DNA from: Hydrolagus colliei
Taxonomy: Eukaryota
NCBI GenBank assembly: GCA_035084275.1
Contig: CM068749.1
Span: 15,996,001-16,060,000, forward strand
DNA length: 64,000 nt
Direction: 5' to 3'
Part shown: positions 38,662-48,782 of the stretch, in pieces
Layout: each line of letters starts with the position of its first letter
Numbering within the stretch: position 1 is the stretch's first letter
Position numbers and translations under genes: made by a program
The notes under the pieces: generated by a model
Told to the model about the DNA's origin: nothing
Database searches by the model: none
What the model saw: the letters and a program-made list of their open reading frames with translations, nothing else

Positions 38662-39429
38662 GTATGAAGCAATGCCATTGCCTTGAAAAAGACTTATCAA
38701 AGAAAGCGCTGATCCATGTTGGAAAAATAGATCACTAAATGGAGCCGATACTTACTGTAAGCTGGTGATCTGAGTCACTCAGGAGCTTCGTAGAGACTAG
38801 AGAAGTGGTTTAATGCTTGTCCTTGGAACCTGATGTCATATCAAACGTATGATAACTGGTCTTTCAACGACACAATAACTTAGATACAGTATGCATAGCA
38901 CCCCTCATGCAGAGTAGCGGCCCAGAGTGCTTGAAAGCAATGACAGCACCTGGTGATCATGGAAGACTCAACCATGGTAGAACTAGATCATCACCAGATT
39001 CTCAAAGTAAGCTGGATGACTCATTTTGTTCATTATCGGCTACGTCCAATAGTGGAAACCAGCTCATAATGTAAACCTGGCAGATTCCACATTGATCCTG
39101 AGGGACTTACTGCAGAACTGCTTCCTGAAGCTAATTATGTAGTATGAATGTAGCATTGAAATATTGAGAGATAATCATCGTCACAGTGATTTAAAAAAAA
39201 CACTTTTGAGCATGTGCTAACCCCAAAAATGTATTCAGTGCTCAAAGGGTTAAAGTGGCGATGACTTGAAATCATTTCTTCTTCTGAAAAATCCAAACTA
39301 AAGAAATTACGTTTGTTGAGTGATCAATTTGACAACTGCTGCCTGTATGTTCATGTAGGTGGATGTTAAAAATGCTGTGAAGCTGTTCAAAACAAATTGG
39401 GAGATTCTTCCGATCATGCAGATTGTTCG

Positions 39430-39585
39430 TTCGTTCACCTTGTGGTTGTTTGTGAGACTTTGCTAGCGCAAATGGCTACCAGGTTTGTCTACAAAAACAG
39501 CCACGAAGCTTCAGCATAACTACCCATTAAGCACTTTGAGATACCTTGAGGTGATAAGGCACTGTGTAAAAAAAAATGCAAGTCC
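39430..39585 (+). mobile_element. Old DeuSINE 3' tail
   Basis: gtttgtgagactttgctagcgcaaatggctacc…aagcactttgagatacc…ataaggcactg…aatgcaagtc. Confidence 0.6.
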
Positions 39586-41419
39586 TTTCTTGTATTTCAT
39601 TTGCAATAGCACAGATCTAGATTAGAAACTGCAAGACACCTTCACTTATCTACTGTTGGCTCAACAATTCACAAGAACCACACTGGAAGAATCGGAGGTT
39701 ATTGCTCATATGTACAGATTGCAAAATTCTCTATCACTGAAGTGTGTCCTTCACCACTGAATATCTTTATGAATATCGGAACAGGATTGAGTTTGGAAGC
39801 TGTTTCAGAGGTGGACAAACTTCTTTAATTTGGATCATTACATGGACAAAAATGCAATTATGGGACACTGTAGCCTCAAGAAAGTTATCATGGTTTTGTC
39901 AGATTTTCCACCAAAAAATAAACCAAGGAGCTGTTGTGCAAGCACACTGGGGTAAATCCAGTCTTATTTTGAAAGTAAATTGAAAATTGTTGGAATTTAA
40001 TGGGTTAACAAAAGCTAACTGGTTTCTTAGTGTGGCCCGATAAGATAGCAGCGTTTTATCTCAATTTGTTGCAAAGTGTGACCAAATGGCTATTGATTTT
40101 TAAAGTTAATTTTTATAGAGATTATAACATTTACACTATATTTTACGATGAGCCGAATGACCATAGTTACCAGATAATGCTTCCACTTGATGTCAGTGAA
40201 GAATAATGGGTCCCTGTAGACAGGAATTTGGATTTGTTGTTATCAATTTCCATTGCACGCACCTCTGTCTTGCCTCATTCAGAGTTGAGATCTTCATAAA
40301 TAAAGTTGTCATTTTTGTTGGAGGGTGGAACAGTGTTGGAGAGGGAAATGCAGCAGCTTTCATTTTCATTGAAGTGTTGTGATGAAGAATCTTTAGTTAA
40401 ATCATCACATGTTTGCAAGCAAACATTTTAATAATTAGAGTGCCATTTGAATTTGCACAATTTGTTATCAAATTACATTTTACAGAATGGATACTGGGAT
40501 TGCACTTTAATACTATTAAATGACGTAATCAATTTGTTCAGGATTGTCTTGTTCCATCTTTGTAAACTTCAGCTGTGTAAATTTTGATGTGTGATGCATT
40601 TCATTATATGGTGCAGATTGGTATTTGCCTACCAAGTCCATCTTATGTGATTATGTGGATAATACGTTCCTTTTCAGTATTTCAATATGGTTAGTAATTG
40701 TAGTCCAGTGAATTCTGCAATATTAATATGAATACATAGCTGCAGAATGTATGCAACAAGTAGCAAATGAAATGACTTAACCTTGCTCCCAGTCTGATTT
40801 ATTAAATAAGGAGCTAAAGTATCTGATGGTTTATTTACACATCTATCTGAGGACAACAATTTATTCTTGCCTGAGAATTTTAGTTTTACCTGAAGTAAAT
40901 TGTCTTTTATTAGGCCTTTATTACTGGGTGATAATAAAACTGAGAGGTTTGAAATGTCACTGTGCTGATAAGATTTTGTGTGACACTTTGATATGCCAGG
41001 TGCAACTCCAGAGGTTAATATTTGAGTACCAGTGTTAAGATAAATATCCGCGAACATTGTGTGGAGCACGTTATTAAGTTAAATGTTGCAGGAAGGGAGG
41101 TGTAATTGTGTCCTCAAGTCAGAAGCTGCACCTAACTAAGATTAAATCTTTATAGCCCTTACTGACCCTATCTATTCCAAGACCCATTCTTATGGAATTA
41201 CTCTGCTGTTAATGTATCATAATTGCATGCCACAAGTGAAGTCTTTTGCTTTTCTCCCTGTTAGCCGGGGTTGAAACTATTAGTGAATAATCCAATTGCA
41301 ATGTTATGTTTAGAAGCTTGTGTTATTAGAATGAGTGAATGGCTAACATTGTCCAAATTACATTTCACATTTTGAAAGTAGTATTTCAACTATACTACTA
41401 TTATTTATTCAATAAATTT

Positions 41420-41727
41420 AATAATTATTATTATTGGATTTGATATAGCACTTTTCACATCTTCTAGACATCTTAAAGCACTTCATAGAATATACTGTAA
41501 AATGAATTGACTGTACATGTGGGAAAAACGCTGTGGCTACTTGCGCACAGCTGTGTCCCACCACCAATCGTGGATTAAGTGACCAAATTTATTGTTTATT
41601 TTTTTCTTGAGAGATTATTATCGGGTGTGTGGAGTAAGGAAACTTGCCCAATGTTTTGCCCTGCTGGGAACTGAACCCAGGTCTTTCACCAGAGGCGAGC
41701 GCTCTAACCACTGAGCAACAGGACTCC
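41420..41727 (-). mobile_element. Family A SINE
   Basis: Head ggagtcctgttgctcagtggttagagcgctcgcc…cctgggttcagttccc on the - strand, with the family tail. Confidence 0.9.
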
Positions 41728-42379
41728 ACATTTAGAACTTCAAATTTGGAAGGCAGATGCACACACTCTGGTTGTCCTGGGATACTGCCATGACCCAATA
41801 AATTTACTGCTGCCCCAGCCTTGACTTGAAACAGCTGTCCTATTTGCATCACACTGGTTCACCCATATTTCCAAATGATCTCTTGATCAATGATGTACTC
41901 CTAGTTTTTCTTTATGGTGCATCTCGACTTTCACACCATATGTTTATTCAGCTGAGTCGCACTGTGCTAAGAGTATAATGGACACACCCACACCCAGCAG
42001 CTAATCCTCTGTACTCTGAGTGCTTTGCTGGGTTGATATTGTGTATTTTACTGCACACCGAGCGACATCGAAGTGGTGATTGCGACACTCACACGACAGA
42101 CCCAACAGTTACACAGTATTTGAAAGTCTTGGTGATAGTTGGAGTAGCATCACTGGCAGATGTATAAATCCAGAACTCGTGTGGAAGTAGTTGTCTCCCA
42201 ACTACAGCAGCAGTGACAGTTAAAATACTGTACTTACAAATCCCAAAGTGCAGATATCCAACCATTGTAGTGAAGTATAGTTTTTTCACAAGTGAAAACA
42301 AAACTCACACTTTAAAATGGTGCTCTGATTATGGTTCATTAGCAATGACTCTGTACTGCATGCAATTGATTGACAGAGT

Positions 42380-42735
42380 TGGGTTCTATTCCTTGTCTGT
42401 GCTGTGTTGGCTGGGCTCATCTGGGAGTGGCACAGAGATGTTGTAATTGAATTCAACACCCAGAGCTAACAAGGGTTAATAAATTAGGCAACATGCCCAC
42501 TCCTGCTCACAAAGCAGTAGCCTCTCTCTCTCTCTCTCTCTCTGTAGAGTGTTTGTGCGTGTGCGAGAGAGAGAGAGAGAGAGAAGAGTGGCTAAGGATA
42601 TAAACAAGATTTGCACTGATGCCCCATGTCACACAAACTGACAGCACACACTGTCCTGATTCATAAATGAAGAATGGCCACTTCAGTGAACTCGGGGCGG
42701 TTGTTGCTGGTATTATCCTCTGGACCACATCAGCA
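42380..42735 (+). mobile_element. Family B repeat, diverged, with internal (CT)n/(GA)n expansion
   Basis: tctgtgctgtgttggctg…ctcctgctcac…tgatgcccc…cacactgtc…atgaagaatggccactt; the last motif matches the reverse complement of ~52463-52480 (atgaataatggccattt). Confidence 0.55.
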
Positions 42736-43178
42736 CCAACTGGAATGGAAGAGAGCGAGAGCAAGCGCACAAGGTTTTGTAATTATCTTCCGGTTTAAAT
42801 ATTCTGAGCAATCTCTCAGCACCTTTATGCACAATCATACTTTCACTTTGTGATTTACCTTGGCATTCTTTCCATCCTCAAATCCCCCCAAAATGTTTGA
42901 AAAATTGAAACCCATGGCATGATTGTGTAAAGAGAGTGCTGAATGCATGCCTGATAGATAGCATTTCTATCCAGCTATGAGCGGTGAACATTACTCACCT
43001 GCAACTTCAGTGCTTATGAATTATAAGGTCGACCTTGAAGATAAAGAAAGCATATCATTTGGTAACTTTGTTTGGTGTCAGTCTCCTCACTTACACTATA
43101 AATATCGCTTGAGCTGAGTACATTTTGCTATCACTGTGCAGACCCAACTTTTTAGAATGATGCTATTAACTCACTGGT

Positions 43179-43385
43179 TAATAATAATAATAATAATCCT
43201 TACATTTGATATGGTGCTTTTCACATCTTCTAGAGTTTCAAAGACTCACAGAATATACTGTAACGTGAATTGACTGTATATTTGTGGGCAGAAACGTGCC
43301 ACCCACAGCAGTGTCCCACAAACATTCGCGCATTGCTTGCCCAAGGTTTCACCCTGCCGGGAATCGAACCCAGGTCTCTTACATT
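43179..43385 (-). mobile_element. Family A SINE, internally deleted and 5' truncated
   Basis: (aat)n tail and B box ggttcgattcc on the - strand; the head is joined directly to the gtgggacactgctgtg segment. Confidence 0.85.
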
Positions 43386-43610
43386 AGAATACAAAAGAAT
43401 ATACATTATCATATACATGATACAGACCATTCGGCCCAACTGGTCTATGCCGGCGTTTATGCTGCAATATGAGCCGCCTCCTGTCCTTCCTCAACTAAGC
43501 ACACAAGCATAACCTTCTATTCATTTCTCGCTCATATACCTAGCTAGCTTCCCCTTAAATACATTTATACTATTTGCCTCAACTACTCCTTGTGGTAGCA
43601 TGTTCTCCAG
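43386..43610 (-). mobile_element. CR1-type LINE 3' end
   Basis: accattcggcccaactggtctatgccggcgtttatgct…ctagcttccccttaaat…actactccttgtggtagc is the reverse complement of a CR1 ORF2 C-terminus and 3'UTR. Confidence 0.7.
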
Positions 43611-43689
43611 AGATGCTCACAGTGCTCTGTGTACCTGCACAAAAGTGTTAGGAAGATCACACACATACAGCAGGCCTTAGGCTCTACTT

Positions 43690-43870
43690 AAGAAACCTAG
43701 GAAAATAGGAACAGGAGGAGGCTGTTCAGCCCATTACCCCTGTTCCACCACTTTTAGATCTTGTCAGGTCTTTCAAAACCAACAGCCCGCCCTTTCACTA
43801 TTCCCTTTAATACTCTGCTACCCAGGTATCTGACTATCTCTCTTTTAAACATCGCTATTGATTTTGCCTC
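43690..43870 (-). mobile_element. Second, older CR1-type 3' end
   Basis: aaataggaacaggaggaggctgttcagccc…cctgttccacc…tatctgactatctctcttttaaac. Confidence 0.55.
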
Positions 43871-43871
43871 T

Positions 43872-44100
43872 GTGGGATCAATCTGTCCATGCTGAGTTAC
43901 CTGATCTTGGTTGGGAGCAGCTATGAGGTAACTACAATTAGCGTCAACATCTTGGGGAAATCAGATAAGATGACTGCACCTAATCACTGTCCCAACAATC
44001 CATGTTGAAAAGGTCATCTGTGTTGATAAATGAGAGCAAGATCTGATTGAACTGTGATGCCTCCATCCCAATGGTTAAATAGCCTGCAGCATTCACTGAC
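43872..44100 (+). mobile_element. Family B repeat fragment
   Basis: tgctgagttacctgatct…actacaattagcgtca…ctgtgatgcc…ggttaaatagcctgc. Confidence 0.5.
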
Positions 44101-44271
44101 CAGCCTTGCACAATGACCAATGGTGATTTGGATGTACCAGTGTGAAATGCATCTTTCTGGAGAGAAGGCAGGTGGAGTTTGTGTGAATTGTTGTGAGTTG
44201 CAGTGACCCCCAAGCGTGTAACCATGCATAGAGTCACACTGAGTTAGGATTTAAAGGATTTGTGATAAAAC

Positions 44272-44333
44272 CAGCACTTTGGGAAGTCTTTCTGACATGA
44301 AAGGCGTGTTACAAATGTAATTTGTTGTTGTTG
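44272..44333 (+). mobile_element. L2-type 3' tail only
   Basis: cagcactttgggaagtctttctgacatgaaaggcg…aaatgtaatttgttgttgttg. Confidence 0.7.
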
Positions 44334-45015
44334 GAATCAGTCTCATGCTGTGAGCTCATTCTTATGATACTTCCAACTCCTCATTGTATCAAAGACTGTT
44401 GAATATATCAGCACCCAACATCCAAGTTCTGTGTCTGGGCAACTAACTGACATAGACGTTGACTGTTTTTAACTTGAGCTTTAATCATTCCTTTAAAGTA
44501 TTTGGGCCACCCAGAGTTTTCAAGGGAGCACGGGTTAGCAGAGCCTGTTTGATATCCACTGAGTAAACTGCTTCAACGAGCATCAGACTGCTGTTGGACC
44601 CACCTCTTCAAGCTGCTGTCAGCTTCAAGGTTCCTGCAAGATTCTCGCTGGCTCAGTGCTGGTTTACACTGCACTTTTCACGCTGATATGCCACGTAAGG
44701 TGTAGAATAAACTGAGCATTGCACTGTGTGCTCCAGGGCCACGTGCCAGACCTTCTCCATGGAAGCCACCATAAACACATCCAAAAGGCCACTCGCGAAA
44801 GGAAGGAGACATTTAACATATTTATAAACAAGCACAATATGCTTATGTTCCGTTTCAGCAAACCTTCCATTGTAACATTTGTTTTATTCACAAAATATTC
44901 AACGAATTCTCAGAGTTTAAAAAAAAACATGCACGGCACTCAACAGTAAGTATGCTCATAACTGAGAATACGACAAGGGAGAATATTGTTAAAGGAAACC
45001 ACGTCTGAACAAAAT

Positions 45016-45298
45016 CTCAGTAGTTAGAGCACTTGCCTAGCAAGCGAGAGACCTGGGTTCGATTCCCGGCAGGATGAAACCTTGGACAAGCTTCCTTACT
45101 CCTTATTATCCCTCAATATAAAACAATTTGGTCACTCAATCCACGACTATTTTTGCGACACTGGGGTGCATAATTGGCTGCTGCGTTTCGCCGACATATA
45201 TATAGTCAATTCACTTTACAGTATATTCTGTGAAGTGCTTTGAGACATCTAGAAGACATGAAAAGTATTATATCAAATGCAAGGATTATTCTTTATTA
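45016..45298 (+). mobile_element. Family A SINE
   Basis: ctcagtagttagagcac…cctgggttcgattcccggcagg…tatcaaatgcaaggattatt. Confidence 0.9.
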
Positions 45299-47179
45299 TA
45301 ACAAAACCTTTATAGGGCTTCAATGCTCAGTGAATATTCGGTATGTCAGAACAGTGCTGCAGGCCAGAGTCAGAGGAGGGGAGAGGTGGATGAGACCCAC
45401 CATACTCCAATAAGGTCACAAGTCTAAACCTGTGACTCTTATCTACTGCATACCACTAACAGAGCAGTTAAGGTCAGAATGCCGAGAGATATCAGTAATT
45501 GAACATGAGGGATTTTTTTTATCTTCCACAATGTATTAAAACCCAAAGAGTCACTTCACATCAGCTTAATGTTGCAGATGCCAGCTCCCCCGACAAGGGA
45601 CTCCAAAAAGAACAATGTTTCCCCCTCTTTCCTCAAATATGCTCAGCAGACATTTGAGATATCACTAAAGCCTATCTCAGATGTTGTTATAAAGGCATGC
45701 ACAATATTCTCCAGTGCGATGTTGGAAGGAAAGGCTCCTGCTTTGGGCAGAAGACATTTATTATGCATCCTGACTCGGTCTGTGCTATCTGTCTGTCTGC
45801 CTGCACCCTACAGCATTCAGATCCAGGTGGACTTGGATCTATGTTCCCCCCTGTTGCTTCATGAGTGACTGCACTGCCGACTAACATGAAAGCAAATCAA
45901 AGCAAGCCCTGAAAACCTGAAGCAGATTTTTTGCGGAGGCTCTGATAGCCATCCCACTCTGGTTCATAGTTGATGCCCAATCTGACAGGAATCGACCGAC
46001 CAGCCAATTCAACACCATTTCATAAATTCATCGATCTTGTATAATGTCACAAAGATATGTACCTCTATTGCAAAACTCCCCTTGCATGGTTGCATCTACG
46101 ATTACTTGTTTCACACACATCGGAGTTTGGAAAACGGTTCTTTTTTTCTTTTTCAGAACTGTCGCTGTCTTCTTAATAGGTAACCACCATGCTGTATCTT
46201 AACAATTTATTGCTTATTATTAAAAATTTCCCAACTTCCTTCCTTCGATTCACAAGATTCCCAAATGGGTTCAAACCTGACCCAAATTGTGACCCAAGTC
46301 AACAACCTATTAGGATTCGGATTAGTAATGGGTACCCAGGATACAGTTATAACACTGTTAGCACAACAGAGGCTTCAGATGGCGTGAGTGCAAAGCTTGA
46401 GTAGGTTACACAGCTCATCACAACTCTCCAGACGTGAGAGCTGGGGACGTGCAAGCTAATCCAGTTCACTTTGATTCAGTTAATAAACTTGCTGCTAATG
46501 CTGTCTATTTTTTGTTAAAAAAAATCTGCCTGGGGTGCACACATATGGGGAACCAGTGGCTATACTCTTCAATATTTAAAAAAATATATTATCTGGAATA
46601 AAAAATTCAAAATGGAACTTTTTTTGCGCCTTCCACAAGTGGCCAAAAATGCCACTGGTTCTTCACAAAGCTCCACACTTGCTAAAAACAAAACCCTATG
46701 CGAGCCAACCTTTAACTCAGCCAACAGATGTTTGGATTTGACTCGGTGAATTCCAGCCCCTGGAACTGGGGTGAACTTGGATTTCAGATTGAATTTAGAT
46801 GGGAGCCTTGAACTGCTTCCAAAGTATCCGTCATATTCCGTATCGTCGTGTTTCAGTTTAAGTGTCTGTTGGACCTGTGACCTATGGTACTGAAGTTGAC
46901 TGTGTGTTTTGGTTGGCTATAATGATACTCAACTCAAATCGTGCAACATTCTGCGTGCTTGGTGTTCGCAGTACGAAATCCATTCTCTCAGCACATTGTA
47001 TGCCTATTACTGATGGGGGTGGGGTTGGGTGGGGGGGGAATGAATAGCTGCAACCAGGTGAAAACAATGCAGATTTATTTTCCCCGCCTTTCTGTTTCTT
47101 CATACTTGCTTTTGCAGTTGACTTGCCCTGATCCGCTGGCACAGGGCTGATCTGCCTCAGTCACTTGAAGTTGTGTGGA

Positions 47180-47317
47180 CTAAAGACCTTTCTCTTCAAC
47201 CGCGCAGTCCATCACCTTTCCCCCCCCACCCCTCCCCGGCTCGGCCCTGGGATCCGTTATTGGGAAGCGCTCTGAGATGCCGTCCGGGGTGGAGGGCACA
47301 ATATAAATCCTTGTTTG
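47180..47317 (+). mobile_element. L2 3' end (variant tail)
   Basis: LKTFLFNRA codons, then a C-rich UTR and aagcgctctgagatgccgtccggggtggagggc…tataaat, closely matching 56017-56077. Confidence 0.7.
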
Positions 47318-48041
47318 CCCTCTCTTGGCTTCTCTGTGGGGAGACAGATGCCTGACTTTGCTGGAAACCTCTCTCTGTAAGCAGCAGCGGTAACATCAAT
47401 AGAGATGGGGGAAACTCAACAGCGGGGACGGGTTTTTTTTTTGTGTGAACCCAAGTCACCCCTGTTCCAATAATACAGCCTTTACAAGCCTATAGTCTAA
47501 TCGAGATGCAGATAGTGTCACGAATGGCAAGGCTGAAGGATGAGTGGTTTGCAGCCATTTATCTGAACTCTCATGATTAGATGGCAGACTTGAGCTCACT
47601 CCCCCCGACGACTGCGGGCGCACTTTTCGAAAGGGAAAATCCGCGTTTTGTTCGGCGTCCCTTTCCTTGGCCAGGGTTTGTCTCTGTTGTTGGGGCTCGC
47701 CCTTTGATGCCTTGTGAATAACAAGCCAAGGAGTGTTATTGAATGGCAATACATTTCTGTCTTGCTCGGTTTACAGTACAGTGTCGAGTGTCTCACCGCA
47801 CAACATGGTAACGTGGGGGGGCAAGATTGTGTTGTTGGTGGGGGTTGTTTTTTACAAGGCATGGCCCCTGTCCAACGAGAAAAGAGAGTTTTAGAAATTG
47901 GATGGGGGAGTGGGGGGGGGGGGGTGAGAAAGAATAATAAAACACCGGGATAGTAAGACAGATGGACAACAGTGAACGAGTTGGTGAGAGAGAGAGAGTG
48001 AGATAAAGAGACAACAGGGAGGGGAGAGAGCATCAGCAAAA

Positions 48042-48241
48042 NNNNNNNNNNNNNNNNNNNNNNNNNNNNNNNNNNNNNNNNNNNNNNNNNNNNNNNNNNN
48101 NNNNNNNNNNNNNNNNNNNNNNNNNNNNNNNNNNNNNNNNNNNNNNNNNNNNNNNNNNNNNNNNNNNNNNNNNNNNNNNNNNNNNNNNNNNNNNNNNNNN
48201 NNNNNNNNNNNNNNNNNNNNNNNNNNNNNNNNNNNNNNNNN
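48042..48241. other. Assembly gap (200 N)
   Basis: Run of exactly 200 N, typical of a fixed-length scaffolding join. Confidence 1.
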
Positions 48242-48614
48242 TCCCCATCTCACCAGAGCATGTATCAGAGCTGCGACCATTCTCCCAGTGACTGCCCGCC
48301 GTGTGCTGAGCTGCGGCGCAGTTCCCATTTGGAGAGAGAGGGTGCCCGCTGCCTTTCACTGGATTGACTTGAGAGAGAGAGAGAGAGAGTGACCAGCTTT
48401 ACTCTTCTTTCCTTCGCCCCCCCCCCCCTCCACTCCCTCCTCATCTCCTCCCATTCCCACTCCCGAGTCCAAGTCCAAAGAAAAAAGATCTGCAAGCTTG
48501 CAGGATTTTTCTTCTCTCTTTACACCCTCCCTTCCCTCCCTTTCCCTCCTGTCCCCCAGTCACTCCCCCCCCCCCCCCACCCCCCTCCCTTTCCCCATTT
48601 CTTTTTACAGCAAG
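48242..48614 (+). other. Candidate first (5'UTR) exon; start hidden by the gap
   Basis: GC-rich leader, (GA)n at 48370-48388, CT-rich tract and donor AAG|GTAAGC at 48614/48615. Confidence 0.55.
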
Positions 48615-48709
48615 GTAAGCAGACGCCGACATTTATAGTATGACTGTAAATGTTCTTAAGCAGACGGGGGAATCGAAATGTAACCAGATGTGGTGGTTTG
48701 GATGTGTCT

Positions 48710-48716
48710 CTGTGTG

Positions 48717-48750
<34 letters not shown>

Positions 48751-48782
48751 GGGGGGGGGGGTGTATGTGTGTGTGGGTGTGT
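48710..48782. repeat. (GT)n / poly-G microsatellite
   Basis: Directly visible. Confidence 0.9.

Larger units (their letters stand above)
37467..39249. mobile_element. Possible piggyBac-like non-autonomous relic hosting the hAT element
   Basis: TTAA|CCCTTTGAGGAC at 37463-37478 and GTGCTCAAAGGG|TTAA at 39238-39253: TTAA on both sides and an 11/12 inverted match. Confidence 0.35.
47480..48660 (+). promoter_or_regulatory. Putative promoter/first-exon region (CpG-enriched, G/C runs, GA microsatellites)
   Basis: Local rise in CpG and GC that no recognised repeat explains. It is followed by a strong donor and a GT/AT-microsatellite-rich intron start. Interrupted by a gap. Confidence 0.5.

Noticed and set aside
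37604-38678. Long Pro/Ser-rich and Gly/Arg-rich ORFs (up to 306 aa) in five frames
   Set aside because: They are open only because the minisatellite lacks stop codons, lie within or across a MITE, and have no transposase motifs.
42667-42773. Apparent coding first exon (MKNGHFSELGAVVAGIILW…) after a GA repeat
   Set aside because: The sequence matches family B repeat motifs (atgaagaatggccactt) and the donor (AG|GTTTTG) is poor.
46157-46179. Possible 23-nt exon after a strong pyrimidine tract
   Set aside because: The donor (TAG|GTAACC) is weak and there is no other support.
46550-46661. 11-bp inverted repeat GAACCAGTGGC/GCCACTGGTTC about 90 bp apart
   Set aside because: Too short, with no TSD or second copy seen; it may be chance or an unresolvable MITE remnant.
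47298-47310. TATA-like aatataaat upstream of the CpG-rich region
   Set aside because: It is part of an L2 3' tail (same as 56017-56077), so it is not independent evidence of a core promoter.
47891-48359. ORFs spanning the N run
   Set aside because: Artefacts of translating through the assembly gap.
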